Below, in pieces: positions 49,818 through 59,110 of a stretch of DNA of 64,000 bases. The first letter of the stretch is position 1. Every line of letters begins with the position of its first letter. The notes below the pieces were generated by a model. The model saw only the letters and a program-made list of their open reading frames with translations. It ran no database searches and had not been told where the DNA came from. Made by a program: the position numbers and the translations under genes. This DNA comes from a virus (Duplodnaviria > Caudoviricetes): the IMG/VR virus record IMGVR_UViG_3300037722_001090. One strand, 5' to 3'.

Positions 49818-50642
49818 TTAATCTCCTTCGTTAGCGATTAGTTCGCATTTATAAATAATGTCGTTAATTCTTTCATCTAGTTCTTCACTAGTTTCAAACC
49901 TTAATATACTAAGAATTTGTTTTTTTGTCAAGCCCATAATATCATAAAGATAAATTAAATATTTTTCATATGGACTTAAACACTTCCAAATATCATCTTT
50001 TCTAGCCAATACAGATATATCATCAGCATCATATAGTGATAAAATAAGAGAGTCTTCATATTTAAGATTCTCTTTAGAGAAACTCATTCTATCAAGGACT
50101 TCATCAACTTGTTCATCTGGATCATTAAAGTTAATTGGTATATCTACTGCATTAGCCATACCTGCATCACGTGATGTCTTTAAAACTAAGTCATGAATTT
50201 TAAATCTAGCGATTAACTGTATATAATAAATACAGTCACAGTCGCCTATTACATCCATGGACTTAATAGTTTTTATAAGTATCTCTACAGTTTGACTATA
50301 AATCTCTTCATAATCATATTTTCTCATTACCCATCTAACTCTAGCAATAGCCTTGTAATATGTCTCATGAGTAACTTTAGCAGCTCTTTCTTCTGGAGTT
50401 AAAAACATACCAAGGAATTTTGCCATAAAAGGATTTATATGGATTTGCTGGTGTTTATTACCAGGAGAAAGCATAATTGTAAATGAATTTACTATCCCCT
50501 CAAGATTCTTTAAAACCTCAAGAAGATCATTGTTATCATTAGTTTTTTTATACTTTTTAACTAAATCAGTAACAACACTATATTCATTTTTTTCACGCTT
50601 CTTACTTCGTTTTCGGTTCGATGCTACGTTTGTTAGTTCCAT
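49818..50642 (-). CDS. Divergent sigma70-like transcription factor
   Basis: Region 2-like DLVKKYK...LLEVLKNLEGIV...YDYEEIYSQTVEILIK; region 4-like LSPYEKYLIYLYDIMGLTKKQILSIL. Confidence 0.6.
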   Translation of the reverse strand: MELTNVASNRKRSKKREKNEYSVVTDLVKKYKKTNDNNDLLEVLKNLEGIVNSFTIMLSPGNKHQQIHINPFMAKFLGMFLTPEERAAKVTHETYYKAIARVRWVMRKYDYEEIYSQTVEILIKTIKSMDVIGDCDCIYYIQLIARFKIHDLVLKTSRDAGMANAVDIPINFNDPDEQVDEVLDRMSFSKENLKYEDSLILSLYDADDISVLARKDDIWKCLSPYEKYLIYLYDIMGLTKKQILSILRFETSEELDERINDIIYKCELIANEGD

Positions 50643-51198
50643 TAGGTATCTTTTTAGTTACAAGCTTTCTACCAATACGCTTGACAACTTTCCTTTTCTT
50701 TGGTTTCACAACACTAGTTGCTTCACCTAATTCTTTGGCTGTTAAGTTAGCAATATTTACCATATCATGTTCACCATCATATTGTTTAATAAAGATTTCA
50801 ATCCTAGGGTTTTCTTTATCGTATGTTTTTGTACATATGCAAGAGACTATCTGTCTATCGTCATAATATACAATATTTGAAAGAGCATCGCAAATACTTT
50901 TTGATAGATTAGGTGCATCAAAGACTCTTTTATTTTTAAAGTAACCATCTATTTGCATAAATAGTGGACCTTCATATTTCTGAATATTAAACTGACCCAT
51001 AACTCTAGCGCATTCAGCAGCTACAATTCTATCACTTTCTTGCATTCGCTCAGGTGTATAAGCACCATTCTTACCAAACTTTGTAAAGTTAGATTTGCTA
51101 TATGGTTCAACTTTAATGACACAATAGAACAATGACATATCTTTACCTAGTTTTTTTATATCTTTTGCTAATGTTTGTAGGATAGTAATTTTATTCAT
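50602..51198 (-). CDS. rusA: RusA-family Holliday junction resolvase
   Basis: DAPNLSKSICDALSNIVYYDDRQIV; ENPRIEIFI. Confidence 0.85.
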   Translation of the reverse strand: MNKITILQTLAKDIKKLGKDMSLFYCVIKVEPYSKSNFTKFGKNGAYTPERMQESDRIVAAECARVMGQFNIQKYEGPLFMQIDGYFKNKRVFDAPNLSKSICDALSNIVYYDDRQIVSCICTKTYDKENPRIEIFIKQYDGEHDMVNIANLTAKELGEATSVVKPKKRKVVKRIGRKLVTKKIPNGTNKRSIEPKTK

Positions 51199-51562
51199 TA
51201 TCATCCTCCATAAAAGGCATTAGTGTAGAAAACAATCCAGCATAATTTACATCTTCATTAAAAGGAATTTCAATGTAATTAAGCTTATATTGAATACATA
51301 GATTTTTTAGTTTATCATCTCTATTAATTTGCCTATTAAAAGCAATATTAGTGTCTACTTTGTTTCTACCAAATCCACTTGGCTTATAGTGCTGAACCCC
51401 ATGCACTTCAACTACGCATTGAAGTGATGGAATCCAGTAGTCAACTATGATACCAGAATGCAAAGGGCTCTTACATATCTTACCAAAATCAACTTGAGAT
51501 TTAGTATCGTTAGCTATTTTTTTTAATAGCTTTCCCACTATTTGTTCCTGTTGACTTGACAT
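51191..51562 (-). CDS. DUF559/Vsr-like PD-(D/E)XK endonuclease
   Basis: IVDYWIP...VVEVHGVQHY...DDKLKNLC...YIEIPF. Confidence 0.75.
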   Translation of the reverse strand: MSSQQEQIVGKLLKKIANDTKSQVDFGKICKSPLHSGIIVDYWIPSLQCVVEVHGVQHYKPSGFGRNKVDTNIAFNRQINRDDKLKNLCIQYKLNYIEIPFNEDVNYAGLFSTLMPFMEDDNE

Positions 51563-51980
51563 TCTTAAGTACCCCCGCAATCATTGCATCAATCTCTGTT
51601 TTTGTATAGCAATCAAATGCATCTTCAGAAACAAAGCCAGGTTCAATATCAGTAACGCATGATTTCATGTTTTGATAAGAAGCATTAGATGCTTCAGCTA
51701 TATCAATAAGTTCATTATGGTCACTAATAACTTTCATTAATCGTGCGTACATCTTAACTTCTGGATCTAATCTATTTCGTCCAGCAAAACTAGTACGAGT
51801 AGCAACTAGCCTACTACATACAAGACATCTAAGCACTGGAACAGTAGCTGTTTTAGATAGAAGAGGAGATCCATGTCTATACATGGTTAATGCTCCATCT
51901 TCTAGCTCAATAGGAGAAACTTGCTGAAAGATAGTGCATCCACATGAGCATTTTTGTAATTTTAATTCTTCTTGGTCCAT
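51510..51980 (-). CDS. Zinc-ribbon protein
   Basis: CSCGC and CLVCS pairs. Confidence 0.5.
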   Translation of the reverse strand: MDQEELKLQKCSCGCTIFQQVSPIELEDGALTMYRHGSPLLSKTATVPVLRCLVCSRLVATRTSFAGRNRLDPEVKMYARLMKVISDHNELIDIAEASNASYQNMKSCVTDIEPGFVSEDAFDCYTKTEIDAMIAGVLKNVKSTGTNSGKAIKKNS

Positions 51981-51989
51981 ATTTTCCCC

Positions 51990-52679
51990 TTATTTACAGT
52001 GCTCTTTTTTATCGCACTCACTACAATCATTAAATGTCCTAATTAAAGTTCCTGTAGACATTGACTTAGCAAGATCAGAAATTTGATGTAAATCACCAAT
52101 AAATCGATCAGGCAAATATTTAGCTTCTAATGTTGTAAAATTAACAGGATCAATAATACTTACAGAAACTTTTTTATTAAACTTATTTGCAAGATATGAA
52201 TATGGTATATAATATTGAGGCCAATATTTCAACTTACGTTGAAATCCTTCAAAGTCTGAAAGATCATCAATTTCACATACTATAATTTCTTCCTCCTCAT
52301 TAGTAAGCAGGAAGTCTACAATGTCTCTATATACTACAGATGTGCCAGGGGCACCAATATCTACTGGAACATTATATCCTAAAAATGTATTATTTGCAAA
52401 TACACTAAAGATAGAGTTTAGCTTAGGGACTATTTTTTCAACTAATAATCCTTGAGATGGTCGTGAATAATGCTTATTGGTAAACTTAGTACGATATTCA
52501 ATAAGACTATGCTTAGATCCATCCTGCATCTCAAGACAAGCAAGCTCAATAATATGCTTCTTAAGATACTTCGACATATCTGTAAGCTTAATTGTATTCT
52601 GTTTACTAGCAAGAATATTCTTACCAAACAAGAAAGGGCATTTAATAAAATCATCTATATGTTTTTTATGTACAATCAT
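51990..52679 (-). CDS. Degenerate Cas4/AddB-like PD-(D/E)XK-fold protein
   Basis: IDDFIKCP, DIVDFL, VCEID (catalytic Lys absent), CSECDKKEHC. Confidence 0.55.
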   Translation of the reverse strand: MIVHKKHIDDFIKCPFLFGKNILASKQNTIKLTDMSKYLKKHIIELACLEMQDGSKHSLIEYRTKFTNKHYSRPSQGLLVEKIVPKLNSIFSVFANNTFLGYNVPVDIGAPGTSVVYRDIVDFLLTNEEEEIIVCEIDDLSDFEGFQRKLKYWPQYYIPYSYLANKFNKKVSVSIIDPVNFTTLEAKYLPDRFIGDLHQISDLAKSMSTGTLIRTFNDCSECDKKEHCK

Positions 52680-55204
52680 TAGTTAATGAGTATTCCTTTT
52701 CCTTGTTTTTTAATACCGTTTTTAGAATTTTCTTCTTCGGCCTTCTTATTTGACTCTGCTGCATCTTTAATTTCTTTTACATCAGCCCTAGTTACTTCTT
52801 CGTAAAGTGCAAGCTCAGGATGAAACTTAAAGAAAAGAGAATCTTTAAACTCAGATAGCTTATTCTTCAAAACAAGAGCTTCGATAATAGGCTTAACTAC
52901 AGTTTTATATACATATCCTTCACCTGGATAATACTCAGGAACCTTAGACTCAAACGTAAGCACAGCATTTTCTCGCTCACAGTTCATTTCATTCCATAGA
53001 TATATTATCAAATTAGCGTCAAATTGTAAAGCAGCAGCTTCAGCAATACTAGATGCATTTGTTGGCTTAACATACATATCTTGTTTAGTCATTTCTACAG
53101 TACAGAATAAAGAACAATCATATCTAGTAGTATAAGACTTCATAAGAGATGACATAGCACGGAACTTATGCCTACCTTCAGAGTCCTCATTAGCTTCATA
53201 CTGTAACCTATGGAAGTTGTCACAGAAAGAAACAATTTTTCTTTCAGGATATCTTTCGCGAGTATATGCAATTAGCCTACCATGATATTCAGCAGATGCA
53301 CCATGAGAGATATCTTTAATAATTAATCGTTCTTCTCTAATATACTCAGCAATTTTACGGAATGCCATAGATCTAATCTTAGATTTATCAGCATCTAAGA
53401 AGTGCTTTGGACGCTTAATCCAGTTAATCTTAAGTTTAGATAGAGCAGCAACCATTCTATTTAAATATACTTCACGGCTATCATCAATAGTATGAATTAT
53501 GATAGATATATCATCATTCTCTTCAAGCATCCTTAATGCAAGAGTATCAAACAAGGCAGTCTTGCCAGTATTTGGAGGACCCATTATAAGAGCAAATGCT
53601 TCATTAAAAGGAATCGGGACCTCTTTATCCCAGTCAGTAAAGCCAGTATTGATAATAGGCTCATCATTTTCTGACTCCTGCCTATCTTGCATGTGAACAA
53701 GTGCCTTAAGTGTTTCATTTGCAGAATATAACTCTTCTTTATTTTCATTAGAATGTAAAGAATTAAGCTTTGTTTCAATTAAAGATAGTGCACCAGATAT
53801 ATTTTCTGGATTCATAATAAGAAGCTCTTTAGCCTCTTCCATAACTCTAAGCGCAAACTCACCTTGTCTCTCTGCAGAAGCAGAAATTTTCTGGTTAATC
53901 TCCTCAACAATAAGAGCTCTATCAATGCCAGTCAAATCAGCAATATGGTTAATTGTTTTTTGACGCATCAAAGGTGATCTTTGGAGTGCAATTAGAGGTG
54001 TAATATCTTGTAGTATTGTATAAGGATCTGCATTTTGCTGACTTAGTTCTTCAGTTACAATCCACTCAAGTGCCTGTTTTTCAACAATCGCTTTAAACGC
54101 TTCAACGCTATATTTCCTTAGGAATTCATCCGGATCTTTTACGTCATTAGCAATAGCAGACATATCCATAACAGAAAACTCTACTGAGGTTTTTCCAAAA
54201 TACTTGCGTATAATATTTTTAACCTTACCTTTACCTTTATCATCATTGTCTAATAACAATACAATATTAGTAACACCTAGGCTAGAAAGCTTATTAATTG
54301 TAGCCTCATTTAATTCAAGGCCTCCAAGTGCGAATACATTGTCAATACCAGCAAGTCTTAATGAATGTTTACATCCATGTCCTTCAACTGCAATTACTTT
54401 ATGGAAGTTCTTGCAGTCATGAATACCATATGGATAAAGAGGTTTTTCATATATACCAGTAAAGTTAGCACTACTATTATATTTCATAGGTGCTTTGCCT
54501 GGAGAAATCTCTAAGGCGCTTTGTCGTTTAATAAACTCTGCTTTTTTATCTTCATAATTTACATCACGAGAATAAAAAGCAATTGATCTACCAAACTCAT
54601 CATAAATAGTAAAGATAAAACCATCAGAATTAAACATATCAGCTCTATTTAAGCCAACCATATCAATAAATTCTTTAGTAAAACCATTAGACTTTAAGTG
54701 CTCTAAAAAATCTCCAAAAACAGGAACACATCCCATTCCAAGATCAATAGACTCTTTACGCTTCCATTTACGCTTCTTTATCTCTTTTAAAAACTCCTCT
54801 GTTGGAACTGTTTCTGCACAATTAACAATAAACTCAGAAGCAACTTTATATGCACGTAAATATGCATACTTCATAGCAATCTTAGCATCATCGCTTCTAA
54901 CAATATTATATTTAATGCCGAATTTATCAGCTAAATAAAAAACATTATCTTGTACAAATTCAGGACCAAGCAGAGGTTTATCTTCAACCCAGTTAGCTAC
55001 ACTAAAAATATCTCCAGCCTTACCACAAGAATGACATTTAACATAAAGGCCATCCTTATGCATGTTCATAGATGGATTTTTATCATCATGATCTGGATGT
55101 AGACATTTAAAATGCTTTAACGGATTTTCATTTCCGAGAGATTCTAGATAGTCACCCAGTCTAAGCCTTAAGGTGTCCACTAATTCTTCTATTTGAGTGA
55201 CCAT
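52679..55204 (-). CDS. Fused DnaG-type primase / DnaB-like helicase
   Basis: CHC2 zinc finger CLHPDHDDKNPS...CHSC; TOPRIM AVEG, LDND, DPDE; Walker A GPPNTGKT; DNFHRL; EAAALQFDA. Confidence 0.9.
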   Translation of the reverse strand: MVTQIEELVDTLRLRLGDYLESLGNENPLKHFKCLHPDHDDKNPSMNMHKDGLYVKCHSCGKAGDIFSVANWVEDKPLLGPEFVQDNVFYLADKFGIKYNIVRSDDAKIAMKYAYLRAYKVASEFIVNCAETVPTEEFLKEIKKRKWKRKESIDLGMGCVPVFGDFLEHLKSNGFTKEFIDMVGLNRADMFNSDGFIFTIYDEFGRSIAFYSRDVNYEDKKAEFIKRQSALEISPGKAPMKYNSSANFTGIYEKPLYPYGIHDCKNFHKVIAVEGHGCKHSLRLAGIDNVFALGGLELNEATINKLSSLGVTNIVLLLDNDDKGKGKVKNIIRKYFGKTSVEFSVMDMSAIANDVKDPDEFLRKYSVEAFKAIVEKQALEWIVTEELSQQNADPYTILQDITPLIALQRSPLMRQKTINHIADLTGIDRALIVEEINQKISASAERQGEFALRVMEEAKELLIMNPENISGALSLIETKLNSLHSNENKEELYSANETLKALVHMQDRQESENDEPIINTGFTDWDKEVPIPFNEAFALIMGPPNTGKTALFDTLALRMLEENDDISIIIHTIDDSREVYLNRMVAALSKLKINWIKRPKHFLDADKSKIRSMAFRKIAEYIREERLIIKDISHGASAEYHGRLIAYTRERYPERKIVSFCDNFHRLQYEANEDSEGRHKFRAMSSLMKSYTTRYDCSLFCTVEMTKQDMYVKPTNASSIAEAAALQFDANLIIYLWNEMNCERENAVLTFESKVPEYYPGEGYVYKTVVKPIIEALVLKNKLSEFKDSLFFKFHPELALYEEVTRADVKEIKDAAESNKKAEEENSKNGIKKQGKGILIN

Positions 55205-55208
55205 ATAT

Positions 55209-55514
55209 TTATCTTCCTAAAATTAATTTCTCTTTTGATGTTGGCATAATGATACTAGAGAAAATACCAGTTGCAGCTTCTTCATATGTTTTAGATAGAG
55301 CAGAAGGACACTCTAGTTCAATAGCAGAAGGAGGAAGCTTAGCCCACTCTTCTTTAATATACAATGGATTAAACTGTGCATTCTTACCATCAGAACTCAG
55401 AATCATCTTAAGAGGTCTTGATAGCTTTACTTTACCGCTGGGATATTCTTCGATAAAAGCACCAAAGATAATATCGCCACCTGATATAAACATTCTTATT
55501 TCTTTTTCTTCCAT
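55209..55514 (-). CDS. Hypothetical protein (possibly Sm-like fold)
   Basis: 101 aa, beta-rich, C-terminal IIMPT; ATG 55514. Confidence 0.45.
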   Translation of the reverse strand: MEEKEIRMFISGGDIIFGAFIEEYPSGKVKLSRPLKMILSSDGKNAQFNPLYIKEEWAKLPPSAIELECPSALSKTYEEAATGIFSSIIMPTSKEKLILGR

Positions 55515-55515
55515 T

Positions 55516-55635
55516 TTAACCCCCAAGTACTTTCATTCCACGCAAAGCATTTTTACTTGCTTCTGTTAATAGGATGAAAGAGATAATATTACCTGCAATT
55601 CTAAGCAGGATAGATAGTTGTTTTAATTTTAGCAT
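55516..55635 (-). CDS. Unannotated 39-aa hydrophobic peptide
   Basis: MLKLKQLSILLRIAGNIISFILLTEASKNALRGMKVLGG; GAGGTG RBS overlapping upstream TGA; fills the gap exactly. Confidence 0.55.
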   Translation of the reverse strand: MLKLKQLSILLRIAGNIISFILLTEASKNALRGMKVLGG

Positions 55636-55644
55636 TTATACACC

Positions 55645-56682
55645 TCAAAATAGATAGTCGATATTGTTTACTGCAGAGGTTAAATTTAATGCCTCTAACA
55701 TTTCTTTTACTAGTTCTTTGTTTATAGGCCTATTTATATTTCTATACTCAGCATCATAAACTAATGTTGCGATATTTAAGCTAAGCTGCATATCTTGCTT
55801 CTTAGTAGACTCCATATATCGGCATCCAATACATGTCTTATTTGTACATTTTTTATCAGACGCATTAGAGCAATTAATAAGCTTTTTCATGTATTTAAAC
55901 GGTACAGTATTTAGCTTGTCAAAGATTTGAATACAATTGCCAGTATTGGCAATAATCCACTCAGCAGCTTTAGGTCCAAGTCCATTAAGTAAGTTAAAAT
56001 TATCAGCAGAGTCTCCACAGATAGCAAGAAATTCATTAAAACGACCTGGATCTTTTATTTGAATTCCTTCTTTCTTACTTAAATGTTCATGAAATGACAT
56101 ACTATTAAATATTTCACGCTGTCGATATAAATCAATCTTAGGATGAGCAAGCAATGGAAACATATCCTTATCATCAGAAGCAACAACAACATAATGGCCT
56201 TTATTTGCATATTCTAGTGCAATAGTAGCCATTACATCATCAGATTCATGCTGATCCGAATAATAGCATTGTACACCAGTATATGGTAATAGTTTTTGTC
56301 CATAGTCCATTTGGAATGTAATCCAATCAGGAACAGGAGGCCTACCACCTTTATATGTATCAAGAAGCTTCATTCTATTAAGCTGATCTTTAGGAGGATC
56401 AAATACTGTAATTACTTTAAATCCCTGTTTAGCTTTTTCTATAATTTGAGAAAACACTGTAAATAAGCCGCCAGTTGGATGGCCATCTTTTGACTGCATA
56501 TACAGATAACCAGTACCGTTACATTTGCTGCAATTTAAATCTGGTACTTTAGTTGAGCTTTCTTCTAAGCATTTACATTTACGCCTATAAGCAAAAGAGC
56601 CATTATACATAAAGAATGAATAATCAGTAATCCAAATCTTTTCTTTAGGTTCTTCTATTTTTTTACTCCATGGTAAACTCAT
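55645..56682 (-). CDS. 5'-3' exonuclease (Pol I N-terminal/FEN-like) with two Cys-rich insertions
   Basis: ITDYS, HPTGGL, VFD, ESDDVMATIA, VASDDKDM, GDSADN..LLNGLGPKAA. Confidence 0.9.
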   Translation of the reverse strand: MSLPWSKKIEEPKEKIWITDYSFFMYNGSFAYRRKCKCLEESSTKVPDLNCSKCNGTGYLYMQSKDGHPTGGLFTVFSQIIEKAKQGFKVITVFDPPKDQLNRMKLLDTYKGGRPPVPDWITFQMDYGQKLLPYTGVQCYYSDQHESDDVMATIALEYANKGHYVVVASDDKDMFPLLAHPKIDLYRQREIFNSMSFHEHLSKKEGIQIKDPGRFNEFLAICGDSADNFNLLNGLGPKAAEWIIANTGNCIQIFDKLNTVPFKYMKKLINCSNASDKKCTNKTCIGCRYMESTKKQDMQLSLNIATLVYDAEYRNINRPINKELVKEMLEALNLTSAVNNIDYLF

Positions 56683-57538
56683 AATTTCCCTTATATTGAC
56701 AACAATTATCACTACTAGATACTATATTGTTTAAAGCTTTATTAGAACAAAATGAAAGAGTAACTCCTTCTTTATCTGCAATTTCTACAGCATCTTTAAC
56801 TTCATTAAGAAGCATAATATTGTCATATGTAGAATAATCACCAATTCTGACAGACAATAACTCAATATGTCGATTGCCAAGATTTTTAATGAGTAAAGAT
56901 TTAAAATAATCTGTAGCAAATAATTGTTTAATTATTATATTTTTTATATTAAAATTACCACACTCAACTACTACTCTTTCGAGCTCGCTTGAGTTTAATC
57001 CAACTATATATGGATCAAAATAAACGGTTGAATGGACTCCAAGATCAGAGGCCTCTTTAGCTAGCGCAAGAAGCGACTGTGTATTATCAAAATTAGGTGC
57101 AATAGATTCTCTTACTAAGTTACCAGTAGTTGAACCAATAGACGATATTACTCTAACTTGATATTGTATCTGTTTTGGATATTCTTTAAATAGACTCCAA
57201 AGTTGTACATTTTTATAGGCTTTAGCAGTTCTAAATATTATATTGCCACCATTAGTAAGAATATAAAAGGCAGCAGTAAGAGAGTTATCTCTAATTGTAT
57301 CATTACAAAAAGGATCACAATATCTAGAAATTGTAATTGGTTGATCAAGCATAAATGGAACATTTTCATGTTCCAGTCGTAAAAGGCCAGCCGTCCTCCT
57401 TTTTTCACGAAGAGGAGGGCTAACCTTATTATAACAAAACTCACAGCTTAGACATTCACTGTTTACAATATAACTATAATCACGCTGGAACCTACAAGTA
57501 TCATTTAAAGAGCTTACAGTTCCATAGTTTTTAGCCAT
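56663..57538 (-). CDS. SPL/COG1533-like radical SAM protein with atypical CX2CX2C motif
   Basis: ECLSCEFCY; ISRYCDPF; APN; FDPYIVGLN. Confidence 0.65.
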   Translation of the reverse strand: MAKNYGTVSSLNDTCRFQRDYSYIVNSECLSCEFCYNKVSPPLREKRRTAGLLRLEHENVPFMLDQPITISRYCDPFCNDTIRDNSLTAAFYILTNGGNIIFRTAKAYKNVQLWSLFKEYPKQIQYQVRVISSIGSTTGNLVRESIAPNFDNTQSLLALAKEASDLGVHSTVYFDPYIVGLNSSELERVVVECGNFNIKNIIIKQLFATDYFKSLLIKNLGNRHIELLSVRIGDYSTYDNIMLLNEVKDAVEIADKEGVTLSFCSNKALNNIVSSSDNCCQYKGNYEFTME

Positions 57539-57816
57539 TATGCCCTCAGAATAGCAAGTGCATTAACAGCATCTATAATTTTATATTCTTTATCTTCAAG
57601 CTTTAAGTCGAAATATGTACCAGATTTAATGACAATTACGTCATCAACTCTTACACCAACAGAGCTTGGCACATTAGGGCCAACGCATACAACACGCGCT
57701 CGCTCATATTTAATGCCTTTTGCTTCAGCACTAAGAATAAGTCCACCAGGAGTAGTGGTTTCAGTCTCAGTAATAATCTCGATAATAAGCCTATCATTTG
57801 CGGCCAGTAGCTTCAT
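57538..57816 (-). CDS. groES: GroES-like co-chaperonin
   Basis: NDRLII...TTPGGLIL...RVVCVGP...VRVDDVIVI...LEDKEYKII; AAGGA RBS. Confidence 0.85.
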   Translation of the reverse strand: MKLLAANDRLIIEIITETETTTPGGLILSAEAKGIKYERARVVCVGPNVPSSVGVRVDDVIVIKSGTYFDLKLEDKEYKIIDAVNALAILRA

Positions 57817-58021
57817 TTTTATTTCCTTTTCTTTGCTTATCTTTTTTATTGGCAATTTTCCAAAACATATGAATTGTTTCAAATGCTCGCCCTAACTTCA
57901 TGCACTCGCAGTACCAGTCCGTTTTTAGCCCACTGGGCGGACAAGGCATTTTAATAGCAACTTTGCCGCACTTACAGTCTTTAGCTTCTACCTTAAATGT
58001 ATCAGATAGCATTGTATTCAT
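57794..58021 (-). CDS. Small Cys-rich protein
   Basis: CKCG...C...CEC; GGAG RBS. Confidence 0.5.
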   Translation of the reverse strand: MNTMLSDTFKVEAKDCKCGKVAIKMPCPPSGLKTDWYCECMKLGRAFETIHMFWKIANKKDKQRKGNKNEATGRK

Positions 58022-58034
58022 TTTTCTCTCCTAA

Positions 58035-59108
58035 TTAAACATCATCTTGACCAATACCATCATCAACTATCATCTCACCTGTAGAGGCGCAGATCACTTT
58101 AGATTGATTAATAATATCATCATAAACATCTGTCCATAATTTAGCAAGGAACTCAGGATTATCCTTAAGTTCTTCCATAAACCTATCCATACCTTGTAGT
58201 TTTTTACCATTAAACTCAATCCATCCACCACCACCAAACTCAAGATATCCATGAGCAACAGCTAGGTCAACAAGATCTCTATTTACATCAATACCAATTT
58301 CACCAAGAGGCATCTGAAGAGTTAGACCCATACGTGCTGACCTTGTCTTCTCTGCCTTAACTTGAATAGGAGTATATGTAAGATTTCTATTAGATAGACG
58401 CTTAAAAATAAAGATAGTATCTGCAAAGTGACGAAGAGCCTTGCCTCCAGAGAAAGTAATAACCTCGCCTTTACTCATAGTATCCATTTTTACACGAGCT
58501 TGTTTAATAAAAATAGATGTAATTTTATTTTCAGCAAGCTTACCATAAAGACTAGGCAGATGTGAAGCAATGGCACCAGCAACCGAGCCCATTGTATTAG
58601 CATAAGAGTTGTCATCTTGCTTCCTTGGAATAAGTCCATCTAAAGAGTCTACTACTAACGCATAGATAAGTCCAGCAGAAATAAGCTCATCAGCCTTTTC
58701 AAAAGCCTCTTCTAGCACTTTATACTTATCAATAATAATAATATAATCTTGATCAATTCCAAGAGCTTTTGCATATTCTGGATCCCAAGAATTTTCAGGA
58801 TCAAACCATAGAATAAATCTACCAGTAATTTCAAGATCTTTCATTCTATCAATTAATGCTTTTAAGATGTGCATAGACATAGTTGATTTTCCAGCAGAAG
58901 GATTGCCGGCAAAAATCATCATCTTGCCTTCAGGAATTCCTCCACCAAGAAGATAGTCAAGAGTTGGTACACCAGTTCTGATTTTAAAAACTGTTCTTAA
59001 TTTTGTTATTTCATCATCACCAATAAGACAAGCGCCTTTGGTAAGTTTCTTAATCATCTTAACTGCTTCTTCACGAGAGCAGCCTAGTTCTTGCGGTTTT
59101 TTTGCCAT
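58035..59108 (-). CDS. recA: RecA/UvsX-like recombinase
   Basis: LDYLLGGGIPEGK, GNPSAGKST, VVDSL, FIKQAR, GGKALRHFA. Confidence 0.93.
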   Translation of the reverse strand: MAKKPQELGCSREEAVKMIKKLTKGACLIGDDEITKLRTVFKIRTGVPTLDYLLGGGIPEGKMMIFAGNPSAGKSTMSMHILKALIDRMKDLEITGRFILWFDPENSWDPEYAKALGIDQDYIIIIDKYKVLEEAFEKADELISAGLIYALVVDSLDGLIPRKQDDNSYANTMGSVAGAIASHLPSLYGKLAENKITSIFIKQARVKMDTMSKGEVITFSGGKALRHFADTIFIFKRLSNRNLTYTPIQVKAEKTRSARMGLTLQMPLGEIGIDVNRDLVDLAVAHGYLEFGGGGWIEFNGKKLQGMDRFMEELKDNPEFLAKLWTDVYDDIINQSKVICASTGEMIVDDGIGQDDV

Positions 59109-59110
59109 TA

